A stretch of 64,000 bases of DNA from an uncultured Pseudomonadales bacterium (GTDB lineage: Bacteria; Patescibacteriota; Microgenomatia; UBA1400; UBA1449), in NCBI GenBank assembly GCA_964386355.1, contig CAYLQQ010000001.1, positions 12,256-76,255 on the forward strand, read 5' to 3'. Below are positions 58,221 through 64,000 of this stretch, in pieces. The notes below the pieces were generated by a model, which was given only the letters and a program-made list of their open reading frames with translations, searched no databases and was not told where the DNA came from. The position numbers and the translations under genes are program-made. Positions within the stretch are counted from its first letter, which is position 1. Each line of letters starts with the position of its first letter.

Positions 58221-58288
58221 AGTATGAATATTGAATTGGGAATTATGGAGAATGCGTTACCATACTTCTTACTTCATAACTCATACTT
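58221..58288. repeat. Inverted pair of 7-nt arrays upstream of nrdJ
   Basis: agtatga atattga attggga attatgg ... catactt cttactt cataact catactt. The outer ends (AGTATGA/TCATACT) and inner ends (TATGG/CCATA) are complementary. Confidence 0.65.
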
Positions 58289-58497
58289 CCATTATTTATG
58301 GTGCCTAAAATTTATATCCCACTATGGGTAGTGTAGTCAATTGGAAAATTGAGAAATAATAAAGGGTTTATTTGTTGATAAATATTGTTCTATTAAAAGA
58401 TATTATTATGTAATATCTACCTTTTCTATGCTTATATATCCTGTTTAACTGTTCATCTGTAACTCGTTTCGTTTAAGTGTAAAGGAGATTAAGCATG

Positions 58498-60510
58498 CTA
58501 CTCTTGATTCTTAGAAGGTTTTGGCTTAGTCCAGGAAGCCCATTTGCACTCGGGGTATTTAGAACAGCCATAGAAGTGGCGACCTTTTTTGGTACGGCGC
58601 ATGATTACCTCACCGATCTTGCAGTCCGGACACGACATATTCTCAATTTTTTCGACATGGTTTTTCTTGAATTTACAATCTGGAAAGCGTGAGCAGGATA
58701 TAAATTTACCAAACCTACCGGTACGCACTACTAAGTCCCCTTCCTTACACTCGGGACACTTCTCACCGGTCGTTTCGGTGGCGATTTTGACCCGCTCGGC
58801 GTCCTTTTCTACACTTTTCACCTTATCAATAAATGGGTTATAGAAATCGGAAATAACAGGCACCCACTTAACTTGAGCCTGCGCAATCCTGTCCAGATCT
58901 TCCTCAACTTTGGCGGTAAAGTCATAATCCATGATCTTATCAAAATTGGTCTCCAAAAACTCAGTTACTGCCCGCCCGATTGCTGTCGGATGAAAGCGTT
59001 TTTCAATTTTTTCAACGTACTGGCGATCTTCAATCGTTGATATCGTTGGAGCATATGTCGAGGGCCTGCCGATACCTCTCTGTTCAAGAGCTTTAATGAG
59101 TGTACTTTCGCTGTACCGCGTAGGTGGCTCAGTAAATTTCTGCAATGATACCACCTCAATCAGACCCAATTTTTCACCCTGTGTAACCTCAGGCAAAACT
59201 ATCCGATCTTTTTCATCGCCACTCCCGTAGACTTTTCGCCAGCCATCAAACGTCTGAACCTCACCCACAGCCCGAAGGATGTATGTATCAGCTCTTACTA
59301 ACACGGTAGTTTTAAACACACGTGCTGCAGCCATCTGAGAGGCTAGGAATCGATTACTTATCAGCTGATAGAGTTTTTTACCCTGCACACCACAGGCTTC
59401 CGACACTGTATCCAAGGATAAGATCTTTGTTGGCCTGATAGCCTCGTGCGCCTCCTGGGCTAGTTTGCTCTGCGTTTTGAATACTCTGGTTTTCTCTGGA
59501 TAAAACTCCGGTCCGAACTCTTTGATAATGTGCTCTTTGGCCATTGCCAAAGCTTCACTGGAAAGATTGAGCGAATCCGTACGGTGGTATGTAATAAAGC
59601 CCTGTTCATAGAGCTGCTGGGCTGCCCGCATGGTATTTTTAGATGACCAGCCAAAGTGGTTGGCTGCAGACCGTTGCAAGGTTGAGGTAATAAACGGCGG
59701 CATCGGGCTTTGGGAAACTTCTTTTTGGTCGACAGAGTCTACACTATAAGAGGCTTTTTTGAGTTCATCCACTATCTTACCCGCATCTTTGCCATTTGTA
59801 ACCTTAGCCGTTTTACCATCAACTTTATAGAGTTCTGTTGTGAATTCATCTTTTTTCTGTTTTGACTCCCCACTCCGCTTCACGTCGGAGACTATAGTTT
59901 GAGTTTTGACATTTGCAGTTATTATCCAGTACTCCTCAGGTTTGAATGCCTCAATTTCTTTTTCGCGCTCGACAACTAGTTTAACAGTAACTGACTGAAC
60001 CCGTCCGGCAGACAAACCACGCCGAACTTTTTTCCACAAAACAGGGGAAAGCTTGTACCCTACCAGGCGGTCCAGGACTCTACGAGCCTGCTGGGCATCT
60101 ACAAGCGCTTCATTGATTTTTTCAGGATGATTGATTGCATGTTCAATTGCAGATCTCGTAATTTCATGAAATGTTGCCCGAACAAAATCAGGCTTCTTTT
60201 TTGCTTTTTTAAGGGCATCCTGCAAGAGCCATTGAACGTGATACCCTATCGCCTCACCCTCGCGATCAGGGTCTGTGGCAATGATAACAGTATCGGCTTT
60301 TTTTGCAGATACAGTAATTTTTTTAAGAACTTCACCTTTTTTATCAGCAATCTCATATGTTGGCTCAAAATTATGTTCCACATCGACACCTAAGCTGCTT
60401 TTAGGTAGATCACGTATATGACCCATAGAAGCCATAACTTCATAACCATCGCCCAAAAAACGAGACAGTGTTTTGGCTTTGGTGGGAGATTCAACAACGA
60501 TCAACTTCAT
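58498..60510 (-). CDS. topA: DNA topoisomerase I
   Basis: VVESPTKAKT, ATDPDREGEAI, SAGRVQS, ITYHRTDS, AHEAIRPT, GIGRPSTYA, two C4 zinc ribbons. Start at 60510. Confidence 0.97.
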   Translation of the reverse strand: MKLIVVESPTKAKTLSRFLGDGYEVMASMGHIRDLPKSSLGVDVEHNFEPTYEIADKKGEVLKKITVSAKKADTVIIATDPDREGEAIGYHVQWLLQDALKKAKKKPDFVRATFHEITRSAIEHAINHPEKINEALVDAQQARRVLDRLVGYKLSPVLWKKVRRGLSAGRVQSVTVKLVVEREKEIEAFKPEEYWIITANVKTQTIVSDVKRSGESKQKKDEFTTELYKVDGKTAKVTNGKDAGKIVDELKKASYSVDSVDQKEVSQSPMPPFITSTLQRSAANHFGWSSKNTMRAAQQLYEQGFITYHRTDSLNLSSEALAMAKEHIIKEFGPEFYPEKTRVFKTQSKLAQEAHEAIRPTKILSLDTVSEACGVQGKKLYQLISNRFLASQMAAARVFKTTVLVRADTYILRAVGEVQTFDGWRKVYGSGDEKDRIVLPEVTQGEKLGLIEVVSLQKFTEPPTRYSESTLIKALEQRGIGRPSTYAPTISTIEDRQYVEKIEKRFHPTAIGRAVTEFLETNFDKIMDYDFTAKVEEDLDRIAQAQVKWVPVISDFYNPFIDKVKSVEKDAERVKIATETTGEKCPECKEGDLVVRTGRFGKFISCSRFPDCKFKKNHVEKIENMSCPDCKIGEVIMRRTKKGRHFYGCSKYPECKWASWTKPKPSKNQE

Positions 60511-60609
60511 ACGAAGCAATTCTAAAGGAAGTTAGCCTATCAGGCAATGAGGAAAGAGTTTACGAGTAAAAATATATGAGATATTTAATAATAGTATATG
60601 CGTGCTTTT

Positions 60610-61737
60610 TTAGGCTGCCATCCACACTCCATCTCCCAAATGCTTTATCATGCCCTTCAACTCTAACAAAGTCAAAGACGTAGTTAATAGAGGCAATGAC
60701 AGTTTCAACTCCCGACCTAATTCATCTACATGCCGTTGGCCATTTACCAGAAGCTGCCAGACCTGTTCCTGGGTTTTATCATCAAATTCCGGTTTTGTTA
60801 TCATTTGATGACCATTGGGTGCTGCGTTTACTGTTGTGTTTATATCAACAGAGGCAATATGAATTTCACTTAAGATATCCTCCACTGATAAAACCAGCTT
60901 AGCTCCCATCTGAATCAATTTAGCTGGTCCCTGTGACATTTGGGATGTAATAGGTCCGGGTATGGCGAATACTTCACGGTTTTGATCAACAGCCATCATA
61001 GCCGTAATGTTTGTACCGGACTGAGATGAACCTTCGGTAACCAGAACACCCAGTGAAAGACCAGAAACAATCCGGTTTCGTGCTGGAAAGTTACCCGGCA
61101 TCAGTTTTGTATGTGGTACAAATTCAGAAACAATCACACCCCTTTGTATCACTTCGGAAGCTAGCTGTTTATGTTCTGGAGGATATACTTCATCTAAACC
61201 ACATCCCAATACTGCAATTGTCCTTCCCCCTGCAGCTAGTGCAGCTTTATGAGCAATCCCATCAACTCCCCTAGCTAATCCAGATACAATAGTAAATCCT
61301 CTTGATACAAGCTGTGATACAAAACGTTCGGTGACTTCCCTGCCGTACGGAGTCACTTTACGGGTACCAACCACAGCCAGAGCCTTGGTATCGGTAGGTA
61401 CAAATGATCCTTTTATAAAAAGACCGATAGGACAATCAGGGATTTCCTGAAGCATCGAGGGAAATGTAGGATCACATTGTGGAAGGTATTGGATCTCAAA
61501 CCTTGCGAGCTGCTCTTTGACGTTTTTAAGATCAAACCTTGCTTTAGATAAAAAAACGGCTTCGATTATTTTAGGAGGAAATCCAAGTGAAAACCACTGG
61601 TCTTTAGGGGCAGTACATGCCAGCAGTGCATCACCAAAAGCCTGGACAACGAGCCTAAACCGTTTCGGGCCAATACCTTCGCAGTAATGAAAAAAAAGGT
61701 GGGCATCGGCTAGTGTGGAGGGTGATTGAGCGCTCAT
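60610..61737 (-). CDS. dprA: DNA-processing protein DprA
   Basis: AVVGTR, VSGLARGVD, FPARNRIVSG, REVFAIPG, C-terminal winged helix. Confidence 0.95.
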   Translation of the reverse strand: MSAQSPSTLADAHLFFHYCEGIGPKRFRLVVQAFGDALLACTAPKDQWFSLGFPPKIIEAVFLSKARFDLKNVKEQLARFEIQYLPQCDPTFPSMLQEIPDCPIGLFIKGSFVPTDTKALAVVGTRKVTPYGREVTERFVSQLVSRGFTIVSGLARGVDGIAHKAALAAGGRTIAVLGCGLDEVYPPEHKQLASEVIQRGVIVSEFVPHTKLMPGNFPARNRIVSGLSLGVLVTEGSSQSGTNITAMMAVDQNREVFAIPGPITSQMSQGPAKLIQMGAKLVLSVEDILSEIHIASVDINTTVNAAPNGHQMITKPEFDDKTQEQVWQLLVNGQRHVDELGRELKLSLPLLTTSLTLLELKGMIKHLGDGVWMAA

Positions 61738-63353
61738 TCGTGAACGTTTTTAAAATACTCAAGTAATAGCTCTCTTGCAAGAGGACCAGCTTTATCACTG
61801 CCCTGACCTGCTTCCTCAAGCAATACTGTAACTACAATCTCAGGATTTTCAACGGGGGCAAAGGCAGTTATCCAAGCATGCGTTGTTTCATTGAGTTTAC
61901 CGTGTTTGTCCATTCCCCCAATTTCTGCAGTACCTGTTTTACATGCGACCGGAATACGTGTCACAGTAGCTGATCCGCTTGCCTCTTCATAATAGTTTAT
62001 ACTATCTACAAGTTTTAGTAAGCTCTCGTTATCGACTCTAAAATTAAACAATGGCCAACCAGTTCCACCACTATCACACGCCCGCTTCATACCTTCTTTT
62101 ATAGTTGCCAGTGTCTGTTTTTGTATCCCTACATCAATACACCGTTTATAATCCTCACGTTCGCCAAGCTCAACTCCGGAAAGCGGTTTTTCCGTTATGA
62201 CAGCAATCACATCAGACGCACACCTCTGTCCCCCATTCGCTACAATTGTCGTCAGCATGTGCACCTGCAACGGTGTGACTTGCAGGTTTCCCTGGCCAAT
62301 GGACGTTATATAGGTATCGCCCGTATACCAGTCCTCACCCAATTGCTCTTGCTTCCATATTTCATCAGGAACCAAACCGAACGATTCTCCTTCAAGTGGA
62401 ATGCCAGTTTTTGAGCCAAACCCTAGCAAACGTGCCCACTGTGCTATTGTGGCTATTCCTGTCATTTCTCCAGCTTTATAAAAATAAATATCATTTGAAC
62501 GTTCTAAAGCTTTCACTACATCAACTTGACCATCTGTCCTGCCATATCCTGTGTAGTACCAGTTGCTATAGCTAAAATCACCAATCCTGATAATTCCCGT
62601 ATCTTCTATAAGCGTTTCCACATTGATTGCCTTGCTTTCAAGTCCAGCTATGGCAGTAACAATTTTAAATGTTGATGCTGGGGGATATAAACCGCCAATA
62701 GCCCGGTTAAAAAGTGGCATGGCTGTATTAGACAAGACTTGAGCAATTGCTGAAGTATCATGGTTTTCAAATATGTTGGGATCAAAATCAGGGAACGACA
62801 CTAAAGTAAGCAATTCTCCCTTGAGCGTACCAGCTAAGATCGCTCCCTGATATCCGGATTGTTGTAGAAGTTGTCGGGCTTTTGATTGCAGCCTGCTATC
62901 CAAACTAAGCTGTACATTTTTGCCTGAAATTGGTTCCCTTTGGGAATACTGCCTCAAAACTGTACCATCAGAACTGATTTCCTGAACTACTCCCCCGTTC
63001 AAACCAGCCAATACTTGATTCTCCTCTTTTTCGATACCCATTTTCCCAACCCTGCCACCAATTTCAACCCCAAAAAAACCAAGATCCTCTATATCTGCTT
63101 CACTCATGTAGCCAATAACATGAGAAAAGTCATTTGAGTAGAGATATCTTCGTTTTGCACCATCGTTGCCAACAACTAAAATGCCATTACGGTCAATTAT
63201 TTTGCCTCGATTTGCAAGGATTGGTTCTATACGAAAGCGGTTCTGGGCACTACGCTGAATAAAAGAGTTGCCCTGAATCAATTGTAATTGGATCAGGCGA
63301 ACAGTGAGGATAACAGAAATCAGAAGAATTACTACTCTAGATAGACCGGTCAT
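61734..63353 (-). CDS. mrdA: Penicillin-binding protein 2 (class B)
   Basis: LQLIQG...RGKIIDRNG, PASTFK (SxxK), SNDIYFY, KTGTAE. Confidence 0.88.
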   Translation of the reverse strand: MTGLSRVVILLISVILTVRLIQLQLIQGNSFIQRSAQNRFRIEPILANRGKIIDRNGILVVGNDGAKRRYLYSNDFSHVIGYMSEADIEDLGFFGVEIGGRVGKMGIEKEENQVLAGLNGGVVQEISSDGTVLRQYSQREPISGKNVQLSLDSRLQSKARQLLQQSGYQGAILAGTLKGELLTLVSFPDFDPNIFENHDTSAIAQVLSNTAMPLFNRAIGGLYPPASTFKIVTAIAGLESKAINVETLIEDTGIIRIGDFSYSNWYYTGYGRTDGQVDVVKALERSNDIYFYKAGEMTGIATIAQWARLLGFGSKTGIPLEGESFGLVPDEIWKQEQLGEDWYTGDTYITSIGQGNLQVTPLQVHMLTTIVANGGQRCASDVIAVITEKPLSGVELGEREDYKRCIDVGIQKQTLATIKEGMKRACDSGGTGWPLFNFRVDNESLLKLVDSINYYEEASGSATVTRIPVACKTGTAEIGGMDKHGKLNETTHAWITAFAPVENPEIVVTVLLEEAGQGSDKAGPLARELLLEYFKNVHE

Positions 63354-63437
63354 GAAGCAATTATATCAGTATAAAACAAAGACAGTTTCTGTATGATTTT
63401 AAGTCATCATATTTCTTTTTTGCTTGTACCTGTCTAT

Positions 63438-64000
63438 TTATGGGGCGACTTCTTGCCATGTATACTGATATATCTTAAACGCTTTAAGGTCTGAGGAGGT
63501 GTTTTTTAGCCGGTTAACCATTTCGGTATTTTGCATAAATTTTTCACCGGGAGTATTCTTATTTACCACCTCACCCAGATCGCGCCACAAATTTACTCCT
63601 TTCCAACTTATTAATCCACCTTTTATCTGTAACTGCACATCAACTGGAATTTCGGTGCTTGAGTTATTACTCTCATCTGTATATATCTCTCCGTCCGCTA
63701 TGAAAAAGCCGTGTGCTTCAGTCACTTGATACGTACTTTCATAATTAAACCAAATTGATCCCTTGGCAATAGCTACCACAATTCCAGTACTTGAAGCAAG
63801 TATATTAGTGGTAATACGAATATCTTTATTAAATAATATAGCAATTTCATTTTCAATTACATTAGATGCATACAGTTTTATTTCTGAGATGCTATCAGTT
63901 GCCTCCACTTCATATATGCCATTTTTTAAAAGTGCTAGATCTATAGAGCCTGTGCTGCCATTAAGCGGGATCAGGTAATCTGCCAATTGCTTTGTCTGCC
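63438..64000 (-). CDS. Partial ORF (C-terminus) of a PilX-like/surface beta-rich protein
   Basis: The frame is open past the window end. GFFIADG, LQIKGG and a YTWQEVAP C-terminus resemble CPR pilus-associated proteins. Confidence 0.5.
   Translation of the reverse strand, partial: QTKQLADYLIPLNGSTGSIDLALLKNGIYEVEATDSISEIKLYASNVIENEIAILFNKDIRITTNILASSTGIVVAIAKGSIWFNYESTYQVTEAHGFFIADGEIYTDESNNSSTEIPVDVQLQIKGGLISWKGVNLWRDLGEVVNKNTPGEKFMQNTEMVNRLKNTSSDLKAFKIYQYTWQEVAP

Noticed and set aside
1721-63978. Numerous short antisense or alternative-frame ORFs in the track (e.g. 2613..2915, 13448..13840, 21089..21610, 44597..44971, 57024..57389)
   Set aside because: They are nested in well-supported genes on another strand or frame and have no recognisable motifs, so they were treated as shadow ORFs.

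Overview
This 64 kb window looks like a reduced Patescibacteria/CPR (Microgenomates-like) chromosome read with the standard genetic code. The lineage call is inferred from gene content: a short EF-Ts, a VirB4/TraG-like ATPase, pilin-like proteins, class II RNR and many apparently leaderless genes. The housekeeping backbone is cysS, recR, ybaB, dnaX, ybeY, rpsU, proS, rseP, frr, tsf, rpsB, folA, thyA, nrdJ, topA, dprA and mrdA. Three accessory features stand out. (1) A ~14 kb co-oriented nucleotide-metabolism island (35.9-50.0 kb) encodes a divergent PyrF, a double-domain GTP cyclohydrolase II-like protein, an FGGY-like kinase, PNP, a PRTase, a PEP-synthase-like ATP-grasp protein, a SAM methyltransferase, three Maf-like paralogs, Gmk and a Tdk-Tmk fusion. 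Four of these genes share the same leader: sigma70 promoter, short uORF, then a terminator-like hairpin and U-tract abutting the start codon. (2) A compact lipid-scavenging module (8.3-13.1 kb) encodes a lipase, AcpS, an acyl-ACP synthetase-ACP-acyltransferase fusion and a GDPD. (3) A Cys-rich leader-peptide attenuator lies upstream of cysS. Also present are dispersed 7-nt-period degenerate arrays (some in frame inside cysS and nrdJ), several probable pseudogenes, and a structured intergenic region with convergent promoters. No rRNA, tRNA, CRISPR array or transposase was recognised. All family calls come from motif recognition by eye, not from database searches.
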